From the NCBI GenBank assembly GCA_964401355.1, contig CAYNYJ010000003.1, positions 2,091 to 66,090 of the forward strand: a stretch of DNA of 64,000 nt, given 5' to 3'. The position numbers and the translations under genes were made by a program. Of this stretch, positions 30,070-40,048 are shown in pieces. Below the pieces are notes generated by a model that did no database searches, had not been told where the DNA came from, and was given only the letters and a program-made list of their open reading frames with translations. Origin of the DNA: an uncultured Ectothiorhodospiraceae bacterium. GTDB lineage: Bacteria; Pseudomonadota; Gammaproteobacteria; SZUA-152. How positions within the stretch are numbered: position 1 is the stretch's first letter; each line of letters begins with the position of its first letter.

Positions 30070-30147
30070 AAACCCGACCCGCACTAAACTCAAACACCGC
30101 AATTCCGTTATGATGGAAAAAACCACCACCAAGAGTAGTCAGCCACC

Positions 30148-31188
30148 ATGTCCCTGCTTGCCATACTGATCAGTCTCGCCCTGGAAAAACTGGCACCCGC
30201 CATCGACGGCCTGCGCAGCCTGAACTGGTTTCAACAGTATCATCACTGGATTCACGCTCGACTCGCCAACCGCAAAAACTGGCAAGGCATTCCCAGTCTG
30301 CTCATCATCATCTTATTGCCCGTCCTCGGCATCGCCGTCATTCAGCATTTTCTTAACGACCTGTTAGCACTCTTCAGCTTTTTATTCAGCATCGCAGTAC
30401 TCGTCTATTGCCTCGGCCCCAAAGACGAACACCGCCGAGTGAACGATTACCTGGATGCCATCGAAGACAAAAACAGAAGCGATAACGACAGCCTACAAAC
30501 CGACCTGTCAGAAATACTGCGCGCCGGCGGGATCGTTAGCCGTGACATCGGAACAACAGAAAATGAAACAACCCGCATCGACAAGCTGATCAAAGCCATA
30601 CTCATCATCACCCATGACCGCATGCTCGCCATCCTGTTCTGGTTCGTCATTCTCGGCCCCATGGGCGCGCTGCTGTACCGGCTGACGCTGGCGCTGTTAC
30701 AAATTGAAGAACAAAATAAAGAACAAAGTGATTCTCAAAACATGCCGCAAACGGTGGAAGACGACGCAAACGAACAAACAGAAAAAGTGACACTAAACGC
30801 AGAGACCGACACCGAACTCACTAGCAACAGTGACTTCAACAGCGCCGTTAAAAAACTGCACCACCTGCTCGGCTGGATACCCAGCCACCTCACCGCCCTC
30901 AGCTACGCAGTGATGGGCAGCTTCGTGCATGCCCTGCGCGCCTGGCAAAATACACCCAACGAATATTCGATAGAAATTTCCGAGGACGACACAGACAGCG
31001 CCGAAGAAACAAACACAACCAGCAACCACAATCTGCTACTGCGCATCGGCATGGCCTCTTTGCAATTCGACAGAAAATCCCCCGAAGATAACGATGCCGT
31101 GCGTGAAACGCTGGGGATGTGTGGGCGCAGTTTGGTGGCGTGGGTGACTATTTTGGCATTGATGACATTGGCGGGCTGGGCAAGTTGA
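30148..31188 (+). CDS. ampE: AmpE/CobD-CbiB-like membrane protein with acidic insertions
   Basis: Follows ampD; MSLLAILISLALE, VLVYCLGP, MLAILFWFVILGPMGALLYR, LGWIP motifs. Confidence 0.8.
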   Translation: MSLLAILISLALEKLAPAIDGLRSLNWFQQYHHWIHARLANRKNWQGIPSLLIIILLPVLGIAVIQHFLNDLLALFSFLFSIAVLVYCLGPKDEHRRVNDYLDAIEDKNRSDNDSLQTDLSEILRAGGIVSRDIGTTENETTRIDKLIKAILIITHDRMLAILFWFVILGPMGALLYRLTLALLQIEEQNKEQSDSQNMPQTVEDDANEQTEKVTLNAETDTELTSNSDFNSAVKKLHHLLGWIPSHLTALSYAVMGSFVHALRAWQNTPNEYSIEISEDDTDSAEETNTTSNHNLLLRIGMASLQFDRKSPEDNDAVRETLGMCGRSLVAWVTILALMTLAGWAS

Positions 31189-31289
31189 TGGCTTGCGAAA
31201 AGCAAGAATATGCGCTTGTTCATTGCTCGCACTAATAATCACATGCAGCGCAAAGCGCTCCGATTATTGCACCCCACGAGCTAAAAAAT

Positions 31290-31814
31290 ATGTCCCCATT
31301 ATCTGAAAAAGGTTTTCTTGGCACAGAAATCAATAATTGGATCCCTAGAATACGGGAAGCACATCCTGAGTTTTTTCAGTTGGTAAACGATCTTAATACA
31401 TACTGCCAGAAATCCATGTTTCAATTCGACGTACATAATAGAGACAAACAAGAACTTTTAGTTTCAACACTCTTTATTAGAATACTAGAAAATTATCAAG
31501 CCGCTATTTTATTGGCTGAAAGAAGATCACTGCCACCATCACGTTCATTGGCTCGCATAATAATTGATGCCTTATTTGTTTTATGTGCAATATCAAAAAA
31601 TGAGAAATATGCAGATGAGTTTATTCATGAAGACCAGATAAGCCGCCGTAAATTCTTGAATAAATACCGCGAATTACATCGAGACTTACCCACTGAAATA
31701 GACAAGGAAGAAATAGATTCTCCTGAAAAAGAAATACAAGAAGAAATACAAAACGACGGAATAAAAAGGAAATCTTTTGAACAGCGCGTAGGTTGGGGTG
31801 AATGTTTTTTATGA
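31290..31814 (+). pseudogene. AT-rich DUF5677-like gene truncated by a REP element
   Basis: Helical protein (LFIRILENYQAAILLAE...LARIIIDALF). The reading frame runs into the REP at 31787 and stops inside it. GC is well below the flanks. Confidence 0.55.
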
Positions 31815-31975
31815 ACCCCAACATGCCAAGGTAACAATTTACCTCCAAAGCTATACTCAAGCTACAGCAAGAAGATTCATTTCAATGATCGTGGCCAACG
31901 GGACGTTTACATTCCGCACCATGATCATGTTGGGGTTCGTGCCTTTTATGCCCTTTGGGTACACCCCAACCTACG
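31787..31975. repeat. Inverted pair of REP sequences (REPIN/BIME-like)
   Basis: CGTAGGTTGGGGTG...AACCCCAACAT at 31787-31824 and an opposite-strand copy ATGTTGGGGTT...CACCCCAACCTACG at 31927-31975. Confidence 0.75.
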
Positions 31976-32063
31976 GCCCTACGCTCAAACAACAATTGCT
32001 TAACCCAATGAAGACTGCGATGCTCGGCTGCATCGAAGGGAGGAAGGTCAACAACAAAACCAT

Positions 32064-32163
32064 CCCCTCTCCCAAAACTGGGAGAGGGCTAGGGTGAGGG
32101 TTCATGAAACAACCTCCGAGCAATCACCCCTCACCCCAACCCTCTCCCCCAAGGGGAGAGGGA
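32064..32163. repeat. Inverted pair of CCCTCTCCC-N-GGGAGAGGG palindromic repeats
   Basis: CCCCTCTCCCAAAACTGGGAGAGGGCTAGGGTGAGGG followed by CCCCTCACCCCAACCCTCTCCCCCAAGGGGAGAGGG. Confidence 0.75.
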
Positions 32164-32205
32164 GTAAAACCAGCTCTCGGAAATCTACGACTCTGTTCAG
32201 ACCAC

Positions 32206-32240
32206 GTAGGGCGCAATAACCGAAGGGCATTGCGCCCTAC
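32206..32240. repeat. REP-like hairpin, possible terminator for the 32245-33201 gene
   Basis: GTAGGGCGCAAT-AACCGAAGGGC-ATTGCGCCCTAC forms a perfect 12-bp stem with a GTAG end. Confidence 0.7.
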
Positions 32241-32244
32241 AAAA

Positions 32245-33201
32245 TTATGAGCCCTCACTTCCTCCACCAAACCAAAACGCCGAATCCTTCTCAAGAAATT
32301 CCGAATACGGCATGTAGTGCGAACCATCGCAGGAAAAGGTCAAGCTGATTAATCCGTTGAAAATATTCACCGAGGCGGAACGTAAATAAATAGTGTCATC
32401 GGCAAAGCGCAGAGTTTGTAATCCGCGCAAGATCGGCCCTATTTTCTCAAACGGTATTGATGCGTCATCCGGGTAAGTGCGACGCGGATAGGCCAGGCAC
32501 ACGTCAGGGTCTGAAAAGGCGTCGCTCTGCAGGATGCGATAGCGATAGGGGTCGGCCATGGTCCAAACCGTGGCGCGGCTGCTGGAGAAATGCAACACAC
32601 ATTGAAACACGCCGCGGGCGACGATCAGTTCTTCCATGATCGACATGGCCTGATCGATGCCTTTATCCAGCTGACTTTCCACTCGCGTTTGTTGAAACAC
32701 AGTGCCGCGAATGGACGGGTCGCCTTTTATCTGCTGCCATTGCACCGGCTCAACATAAAGCTCGCCCGTGGCGGGCACGTTACGCAAATCAAGATCAACG
32801 CCCAAATAACCGACCGCTTGGCCATTTTGATAAAGCGTTTGAATGGCGGTTAACGAGGGGCGTTGCGCGGACAAGCTGATGTAGGCATCGGAGAGTACAA
32901 AGTCCCGGTCCGGCCGCACTTCCTTCATATAAGGACGCGGCGAACGGTCTCGTCCAAAATGTTCGGGCATCCGCCCTGCGCTACCGACATTGTCCGACAT
33001 CTGTATGCCCTGCATGTCCACCACGTACATGTAGGTGCAGTAAGGCATGGTGTCGAAATGGGATAGCAAACTGTTTGTCAGTTGATCCCGGTCTGGCCAG
33101 GCCTTTTCACAATCTGTCGCCGCCTGTTGCACGGGTACAGCGAGCAACTCGAACACCGCGATGCGCTGTTCCCGAATGCTGTCTTTCCACGATGTGAACA
33201 T
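32245..33201 (-). CDS. Soluble protein with N-terminal PDC/Cache-like domain and conserved C-terminal domain of unknown function
   Basis: FGRDRSPRPY, FVLSDAYIS...RPSLTAI and GYLGVDLDL resemble Cache/PDC folds. No TM segment or output domain seen. Confidence 0.6.
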   Translation of the reverse strand: MFTSWKDSIREQRIAVFELLAVPVQQAATDCEKAWPDRDQLTNSLLSHFDTMPYCTYMYVVDMQGIQMSDNVGSAGRMPEHFGRDRSPRPYMKEVRPDRDFVLSDAYISLSAQRPSLTAIQTLYQNGQAVGYLGVDLDLRNVPATGELYVEPVQWQQIKGDPSIRGTVFQQTRVESQLDKGIDQAMSIMEELIVARGVFQCVLHFSSSRATVWTMADPYRYRILQSDAFSDPDVCLAYPRRTYPDDASIPFEKIGPILRGLQTLRFADDTIYLRSASVNIFNGLISLTFSCDGSHYMPYSEFLEKDSAFWFGGGSEGS

Positions 33202-33348
33202 GGCCGCTTAACTTTCCCCAACGGAATAAAGAGAAATAAACCCAATCATAAATCATTGATGCTGACCGACGGTTTTTTCTCTGCCTGTCGCACTATAAAC
33301 CATCACGATAAAACATAACGATAAACAGTCGTCATAAACGGATACGGG

Positions 33349-34614
33349 TCATCTTCTCCGTGCAGTTTTGTGACCACGCGCATTTTCACCGGAACGCTGA
33401 CCATCACGATGACCCACTCTTGGTTGCTTGGGTTTTTTAGGTTTGAAAGGGCGAGTATTCAACTGCGATTCCGGCAAGTCATGCACCGGTTCAAAACCAT
33501 CCATCAATTTTCGTGGTAACAGTTTCTTGATCAGTCGTTCAATGTCCGAGAGCTGCTTGAACTCATCGGCACTGACCAGCGACACCGCCTGACCGGTAGC
33601 TCCGGCACGACCGGTACGACCGATGCGATGCACATAATCTTCCGGCACATTGGGCAAGTCAAAGTTGACCACCTGCGGCAATTGCTCGATGTCCAGACCA
33701 CGGGCGGCAATATCCGTCGCCACCAACACCTTGATCTTGCCGCGCTTGAAATCAGCCAGCGCCTTGGTACGCGCACCCTGACTTTTATTACCGTGAATCG
33801 CCACCGCGCGAATACCCTTTTCATCCAGGTATCGACTCAAGCGGTTGGCGCCGTGTTTGGTTCGGCTGAACACCAGCACTTGCTGCCAATCATTGTCGCG
33901 AATCAAATGCGTGAGCAAGGCGGACTTTTGTTTTTTGTCCACCGGGTGTATCCACTGTTCGACGGTGGGCGCGGCGGTGTTGCGCGGGCTGACCGAAATC
34001 TCCAGAGGATTATGCACCATGCCTTTGGCGAGTCGGCGAATGTCATCCGAAAAGGTCGCGGAGAACATCAGATTTTGACGTTGCTTGGGCAAAGCGGCAA
34101 GGATTTTACGAATATCGTGAATGAAGCCCATGTCCAGCATGCGATCGGCCTCGTCCAGCACCAGCACTTCCAGGTGTTGAAATTTCACCGCATTTTGATT
34201 GTAAAGATCCAGCAACCGTCCCGGCGTGGCAATCAGCACATCAACGCCTTTGCGCAGTTTCATCATCTGCGGGTTGATCTTGACGCCACCAAACACCACC
34301 ATCGAGCGTAACGGTAAATGTTTACCGTAGGTGGCGACGCTCTCTGCAACCTGTGCGGCCAGCTCGCGGGTCGGGGTTAAAATCAGCGCGCGCGCCTGAT
34401 TGGCCTGCGCGGCTTCGCCTCTCGACAACAGCTCCAATATTGGCAGTGTAAACCCTGCGGTCTTGCCGGTGCCGGTCTGGGCGGCGGCCATCACGTCGCG
34501 ACCCTGGATCACCGCAGGGATCGCTTCAAACTGGATCGGCGAAGGGGTGTCGTAACCTTTTTCGGCAACGGCTTTAAGAATAGGGGCGGATAGGCCCAAG
34601 TCGGCAAAACTCAT
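33349..34614 (-). CDS. rhlE: DEAD-box RNA helicase (RhlE-like)
   Basis: Q motif, [53 protein letters not shown] and a basic tail. Confidence 0.93.
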   Translation of the reverse strand: MSFADLGLSAPILKAVAEKGYDTPSPIQFEAIPAVIQGRDVMAAAQTGTGKTAGFTLPILELLSRGEAAQANQARALILTPTRELAAQVAESVATYGKHLPLRSMVVFGGVKINPQMMKLRKGVDVLIATPGRLLDLYNQNAVKFQHLEVLVLDEADRMLDMGFIHDIRKILAALPKQRQNLMFSATFSDDIRRLAKGMVHNPLEISVSPRNTAAPTVEQWIHPVDKKQKSALLTHLIRDNDWQQVLVFSRTKHGANRLSRYLDEKGIRAVAIHGNKSQGARTKALADFKRGKIKVLVATDIAARGLDIEQLPQVVNFDLPNVPEDYVHRIGRTGRAGATGQAVSLVSADEFKQLSDIERLIKKLLPRKLMDGFEPVHDLPESQLNTRPFKPKKPKQPRVGHRDGQRSGENARGHKTARRR

Positions 34615-34809
34615 AGGTTTGTCTCTGCTGGCAGATGTTCGGAACGGAAATGTCGGTACTACTCGAAACTACGAATGTCGGTACTCACTAGTGTAGTGCT
34701 GAATTCAGGATAGTGGCCGGAGGTACGACGGGCGTGCAGCTTACAGGAACTCACCGCGCGACGCTATCCATACCCCAAACCGGGTGACGGCGTCCCGCAA
34801 CACGCTGGT

Positions 34810-35883
34810 TTATTCCACCACCAAACCCACATGAAACACCACGTCTGGCGAGGCGTGTACGGTGAGATCTTCGCTCACCATCAACTCCAGGCGAATGTTC
34901 TTTGTCAGCTGAAAATCACCGCCCATGAGCAATTGCACGGCGTTGGCACTGATCTGCTGCAGCGCGCTTTTGTCGTAGAGCGCGCTGTGAAAATCCGCCT
35001 GTAATTTCAGGGTCAACCACGGCAGCACGCGTGCGCCCGCACCGAGGCTGGCAAAGGCGGCGACACGGCGCTGTTGATCTGCCAGCACATCGCCATCGCC
35101 CATCAGCAACAACCCGCCGCCACCGAACAGCTTGCCGGCGTAACCGAACCACTGCGCACGGCGATCCGCCGTTGCCCAAAGCGCGACTTCGACAGCGCCG
35201 CTGCCACGCAGCGCATCGCTATCACCAGTGGGCAAACTCAGCGCCCCGCGCAAGGCCAGCCGAGTGCCGTCAGCCACAGTCTGCCACTGTTTGGCGGCGG
35301 TCAGGCGCAGGTCACCGATGCCGATGCTGCGCTCGGTCAACGACAGTTCAGTGATGCCGTTGCGCTGGTATTGATAGATAAACCGATTGCGCGGCGCAGT
35401 ATCACGCCCACCCTGCGGCAGGCCGAAGGTGTCATGCCAATCTTCGATGAAAGCGTCCAGCCACCCTGGGCCGTGATCGATATAGGGAATCTGCAACCCC
35501 CATTCCCAGCCACTGCCCACGCCCCGCGCATAGGCAAACGTGCTGCGAAGGGTTTCGCCGTCGAACAACAGGCTTTCGGTGGTGCTTCCAGTGACAACCG
35601 TTTTAAAGGTGTAGTTGCTGGCGAGGTCGCTGATCAGCCGGTAACGCGCCCGTCCCGCCTCCAACAGCTGCGCGTTGTCAATGGCGGGCAGGGCATGGAT
35701 TTGGATGATCGGGCTTTGATTGGCGCTGAAAAAAGGCGTGACGATTTCTCGTGCCACAGCATCTTGAGCAACGACGCTGTGCGCGAGGCTAAAAGACAAC
35801 AACGCGACGCAAGCTCCAAACAGCCCGCGTCGCAAATGCACTATTCGGCCCACTAGCCGGCTTAAGCGTTGTCGGATAACCAC
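34810..35883 (-). CDS. DUF3187-like outer-membrane beta-barrel protein
   Basis: Signal peptide; [36 protein letters not shown] motifs; C-terminal PDVVFHVGL. Start uncertain. Confidence 0.7.
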   Translation of the reverse strand: MVIRQRLSRLVGRIVHLRRGLFGACVALLSFSLAHSVVAQDAVAREIVTPFFSANQSPIIQIHALPAIDNAQLLEAGRARYRLISDLASNYTFKTVVTGSTTESLLFDGETLRSTFAYARGVGSGWEWGLQIPYIDHGPGWLDAFIEDWHDTFGLPQGGRDTAPRNRFIYQYQRNGITELSLTERSIGIGDLRLTAAKQWQTVADGTRLALRGALSLPTGDSDALRGSGAVEVALWATADRRAQWFGYAGKLFGGGGLLLMGDGDVLADQQRRVAAFASLGAGARVLPWLTLKLQADFHSALYDKSALQQISANAVQLLMGGDFQLTKNIRLELMVSEDLTVHASPDVVFHVGLVVE

Positions 35884-37256
35884 GTGCGGGCACGCCCCGC
35901 CGCTGCACGCACTTGCGCCGGCGCGGTGCCGCCCAGATGGTCGCGCGCTGCAACCGAGCCTTCCAGAGTCAGCACCTCGAAAACATCCTCTGCAATTTTG
36001 TCGGAAAACTCCTGCAACTCTTGCAGCGACATTTCCGACAAATCACGCTCGCTATCCACACCCAGACGCACGGCCTTGCCCACCACCTCGTGGGCATCCC
36101 GGAACGCCACACCTTTGCGCACCAAATAATCGGCCAAGTCCGTTGCCGTGGAAAAACCCCGTCGCGCCGCTTCTCGCATGTTGTCGTGCTTGGCGCTGAT
36201 CGCGGGAATCATGTCAGCAAACACACGAAGGCTGGCGCGCAGGTTATCCACCGTGTCGAACAGTGGCTCTTTGTCTTCCTGGTTGTCTTTGTTGTAGGCC
36301 AGCGGCTGGCCCTTCATCAGCATCAACAGGCTCATCAGATTGCCGGTGATACGTCCGGCTTTGCCCCGGATCAGCTCCGGCACGTCAGGATTTTTTTTCT
36401 GCGGCATGATCGATGAACCGGTGCAAAAGCTGTCGCCTAACTCGATAAAGTTAAACTGCGCCGAGGCCCACAGAATCAACTCCTCGGAGAAGCGCGACAA
36501 ATGCACCATGGTCAACGCCGCCGCTGAAATAAATTCAATAACGAAATCACGATCACTCACCGCATCCAGTGAATTTTCCGTGGGCGCATCAAAACCCAGC
36601 AACACGGCAGTGTAGGCGCGGTCAATGGGATAAGAAGTGCCGGCCAGCGCCGCAGCACCCAGCGGCATCACGTTGACGCGCTTGGCGCAATCCGTGAACC
36701 GACCATGATCGCGTTTCAGATTTTCAAACCAGGCCAGCAGGTGATGGCCGAAGGTCACCGGCTGGGCGGTTTGCAAATGGGTGAACCCGGGCATGATGGT
36801 ATCGGCTTGCTGCGCCGCCAACTCCACCAACGCGGCCTGCAAACGAACCAGTTCCGCAATAATGGTTTTCAATTCATCACGCAGGTAAAGCCGAATATCC
36901 GTTGCCACTTGATCGTTACGCGAACGCCCGGTGTGGAGTTTTTTACCGACCTCGCCAATGTTTTCAATCAGTCGCGCTTCGATATTCATGTGCACATCTT
37001 CACGCGCAATAGACCACTGAAAGTCACCGTTTTCGATTTCGGTTTTAATCGCCCGCAGCCCATCGTTAATGGCCGCGCATTCGTCCGTCGTCAGCACGCC
37101 GATTTTCGCCAACATGCTGGCATGGGCAATGGAACCTGCGATGTCGTGCGCGTACAAACGCTTGTCGAACGTCACCGAGGCAGTGAAAGCTTCGACAAAG
37201 GCATCGGTGGGTTCGGTGAAACGTCCGCCCCAGGGTTTTTCAACGGTGTCGGTCAT
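35862..37256 (-). CDS. argH: Argininosuccinate lyase
   Basis: [54 protein letters not shown]. True start at 37256. Confidence 0.98.
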   Translation of the reverse strand: MTDTVEKPWGGRFTEPTDAFVEAFTASVTFDKRLYAHDIAGSIAHASMLAKIGVLTTDECAAINDGLRAIKTEIENGDFQWSIAREDVHMNIEARLIENIGEVGKKLHTGRSRNDQVATDIRLYLRDELKTIIAELVRLQAALVELAAQQADTIMPGFTHLQTAQPVTFGHHLLAWFENLKRDHGRFTDCAKRVNVMPLGAAALAGTSYPIDRAYTAVLLGFDAPTENSLDAVSDRDFVIEFISAAALTMVHLSRFSEELILWASAQFNFIELGDSFCTGSSIMPQKKNPDVPELIRGKAGRITGNLMSLLMLMKGQPLAYNKDNQEDKEPLFDTVDNLRASLRVFADMIPAISAKHDNMREAARRGFSTATDLADYLVRKGVAFRDAHEVVGKAVRLGVDSERDLSEMSLQELQEFSDKIAEDVFEVLTLEGSVAARDHLGGTAPAQVRAAAGRARTWLSDNA

Positions 37257-37452
37257 AATCGTTACGGCTCTTTTCGTTTTCGGGCCCGATTTTCGGGTGC
37301 GGTTTTCAGGCTCTGTTTTCCGGTTAAAGACAGCGCCCTCAAGATGACGCGCATTATAGACGATAAACCCTTTAGCCCCTACTGCAAGCGCCCATCGCCC
37401 AATGGCCTTGCGTGTTTCCAGTAACGACACACTCCGTTAAACTCGACAAGCA

Positions 37453-38571
37453 ATGAGCCACCGCCCAAAAACCACCCACCAACCGAACGCTGCTGCCCGT
37501 CAGCCAGCCGATAACTTCTTCCTGCCGGACTTTTGCAATGTGCGCATGGTGTTCGCAGTAGTGGTGATCAGCGAACTGCTGGCCATCGTACTCACTCTGT
37601 CACCCCTGAAAGGCAGCGGCGACCGCTGGAATGATCTCAGCATCATCTCACTGTTTGTGCAGTGGGTGGGACTGAGCAGCGCCGCGGTGCTGTGCCTGTC
37701 ACGCCCCTGGCTGGCGCGCATGTCTAAAACTCGTTCCGCCACGATCAGCTACCTACTGTTATTACTAACGACGTTAGCGATCACCGAACTGGCGCTCTGG
37801 ATTGGCGGCCTCATTCAAGTGGAAAATCTACAAACCAGTAGCGGACATCAAGATCTGCTGCTGCGCAACCTGGGCATCAGCGCGATCGTCAATATGATTG
37901 TGCTGCGTTATTTTTATATCCAGCATCAATGGAAACAGAACGTACGAGCTGAAGCTCAAGCACGTTTGCAGGCGCTGCAATCGCGCATTCGTCCACACTT
38001 TTTGTTCAACAGTCTCAACACCATCGCCAGCCTCACTCAGATTAATGCCGACCAAGCCGAAGCGGCGGTGGAAAATCTGGCCGACCTGTTCCGCAATAAC
38101 CTGGCCGATGCTAGCCTCCACACCAGCCTGGCTGATGAATTACAACTGACACGGCGCTATCTCGAGATTGAAAAACTGCGCCTTGGCAAGCGTCTGCAAC
38201 TGCGCTGGAGTATCGACGATTTACCCGGTGAAGCCTCGGTGCCGCGGTTGATACTGCAACCGCTGTTGGAAAACGCCATCTACCACGGCATCGAACCCAT
38301 GCGCCACGGCGGCACCATCGGTATTGACGGACATGTTTACGACCAGGATATTTACATTTCAATCAGTAATCCGCGCCCTTCCAAACAGGATAGCGAGCAG
38401 CACAAAGGTAACCAGATTGCGCAGGATAATGTACGCCAACGATTGGCCGCTATTTATGGTGAGGCCGGAAAGCTCAGCGTGCAGGAAGATGAGAATGAAT
38501 ATATTATTACCTTAATCTTTCCCTTCCAAAAATATAACGTGGCAACAGCTGCCGAAAAAACCGCACCATGA
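37453..38571 (+). CDS. algZ: LytS-type sensor kinase AlgZ/FimS
   Basis: FFLPDFC N-terminus, four TM helices, ALQSRIRPHFLFNSLNTIA, LQPLLENAIYHG. Divergent from argH, as in pseudomonads. Confidence 0.88.
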   Translation: MSHRPKTTHQPNAAARQPADNFFLPDFCNVRMVFAVVVISELLAIVLTLSPLKGSGDRWNDLSIISLFVQWVGLSSAAVLCLSRPWLARMSKTRSATISYLLLLLTTLAITELALWIGGLIQVENLQTSSGHQDLLLRNLGISAIVNMIVLRYFYIQHQWKQNVRAEAQARLQALQSRIRPHFLFNSLNTIASLTQINADQAEAAVENLADLFRNNLADASLHTSLADELQLTRRYLEIEKLRLGKRLQLRWSIDDLPGEASVPRLILQPLLENAIYHGIEPMRHGGTIGIDGHVYDQDIYISISNPRPSKQDSEQHKGNQIAQDNVRQRLAAIYGEAGKLSVQEDENEYIITLIFPFQKYNVATAAEKTAP

Positions 38572-39311
38572 AAATACTCATTGTCGATGACGAACCCCTG
38601 GCACGCCTGCGCATGAGCCGACTGTTGGAAGGTATTTCCAATACGGACATCGTCGGCGAAGCAAAGAGTGGCAAAGAGGCTTTATTACGTTCCAGCGTTT
38701 TACACCCGGATATTGTATTGCTGGACATTCGCATGCCGGAGATGGATGGGCTGGAAACCGCGTTGCATCTTGCAACAATGCAACACCCACCCGCCGTCAT
38801 TTTCACCACTGCTTTCAGCGAGCACGCCCTCGCCGCCTTCGAAGCCAACGCCGTTGACTATTTGCTCAAACCGATTCGCCGTGAGCGACTGGAGGCCGCG
38901 CTCAATAAAGCACAAAAAATTAATCGCGCACAATTGCTGGAATTGGGAAAACAGGAACAGGCCACACGCTCGCGCAGCCACATCAGCGCTTACATGGGCG
39001 GCAACTTGCAGTTAGTGCCATCGGAGAAAATTTACTACTTTCAGGCGGAGCAAAAATATGTGTCCGTACACCATAGCGAGGGGCAGTTGCTTATCGACGA
39101 TTCACTGAAATCACTGGAAGATGAATACGCGGATCGCTTCCTGCGTGTCCACCGGAATACTCTGGTGGCTGTCGACTACGTGGAAAGCCTGGAAAAAAAT
39201 TCTGACGGTCACTATCACATTCGTTTTCGTGACAGCGATGACAAGGTGGAGGTCAGCCGACGCCTGGTCGCTGCGACTCGCCGCCGATTAAAAGAAATGG
39301 GCAAGGTCTAG
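38568..39311 (+). CDS. algR: LytTR response regulator AlgR
   Basis: VDDEPLAR, LLDIRMP, FTTA, AVDYLLKP and a LytTR domain (FLRVHRN, VSRR). ATGA overlap with algZ. Confidence 0.92.
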   Translation: MKILIVDDEPLARLRMSRLLEGISNTDIVGEAKSGKEALLRSSVLHPDIVLLDIRMPEMDGLETALHLATMQHPPAVIFTTAFSEHALAAFEANAVDYLLKPIRRERLEAALNKAQKINRAQLLELGKQEQATRSRSHISAYMGGNLQLVPSEKIYYFQAEQKYVSVHHSEGQLLIDDSLKSLEDEYADRFLRVHRNTLVAVDYVESLEKNSDGHYHIRFRDSDDKVEVSRRLVAATRRRLKEMGKV

Positions 39312-39330
39312 ACGCTGACCCAATCAGCCA

Positions 39331-39936
39331 TCAACGTGCGGCTAACACCACGCCATCATTACGCATCGTCAAAATCTGCTGGGAAACATCAATGGCTGTA
39401 TCCAGGTAACTGGCATACAAACCCGGCGTCTGATAACCGATAATCATCGGCACCAGCTCTTTGCCTTTCGCATCGACCAAGGCCAATGTCGGCGTCACCT
39501 GCACACCTTGCTGGATACCGAACGATTCTGCATTCTGCTCCTGGCCGGAGAAATCACGCAGCGTATCGTATTCATCCATCATCACTTTGCGCACGATCAC
39601 CCGGCTCATGTCGCTGCTGTTCAGCCCCATGGGGCCCAGCACTTCCTCTTCCAGCCGCATGCAAAAATCGCAATCTTCGGCGGAATACATAATCAAAATC
39701 GGCAGGCCTCTGTTCTTTGCGATTGCACCCACGGCAGCCAGATTATCTGTCATTACCAATTGCAGCTGTTCCGGCACGGCATCGTCCTCGCCATAATCCA
39801 TATCGGCCTCTTGCGCGGCGATGGCATGACCAGCCACGACCCACGAAAAGACCAGCAACACCGCAAGCACGGCCATCCGGCCAAAACGAAGCAACGTTAA
39901 ATCAAACAACATAAATCTCTCCTGAGTTCTCGACAC
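39331..39936 (-). CDS. Exported thioredoxin-fold protein (SoxW/DsbD-gamma-like)
   Basis: Signal peptide; PILIMYSAEDCDFC CxxC motif and VTPT cis-Pro loop. Confidence 0.8.
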   Translation of the reverse strand: MSRTQERFMLFDLTLLRFGRMAVLAVLLVFSWVVAGHAIAAQEADMDYGEDDAVPEQLQLVMTDNLAAVGAIAKNRGLPILIMYSAEDCDFCMRLEEEVLGPMGLNSSDMSRVIVRKVMMDEYDTLRDFSGQEQNAESFGIQQGVQVTPTLALVDAKGKELVPMIIGYQTPGLYASYLDTAIDVSQQILTMRNDGVVLAAR

Positions 39937-40048
39937 ACATCCTCTAAGTATAGCTCCTGTAATGCACGCCTGCCGACTATTTTTGTCGGCAGATAAGGAT
40001 GGCTATTTTTGAATAGCAACCCACGCTGCACCCGCAATAGTGAACGCA

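Noticed and set aside
34645-34690. AATGTCGGTACT repeated twice in the rhlE leader
   Set aside because: Only two 12-mers with no clear structure; insufficient to call a regulatory element.
39311-39331. Absence of hemC-hemD after algR
   Set aside because: A simple synteny difference from pseudomonads; the genes may lie elsewhere in the genome.
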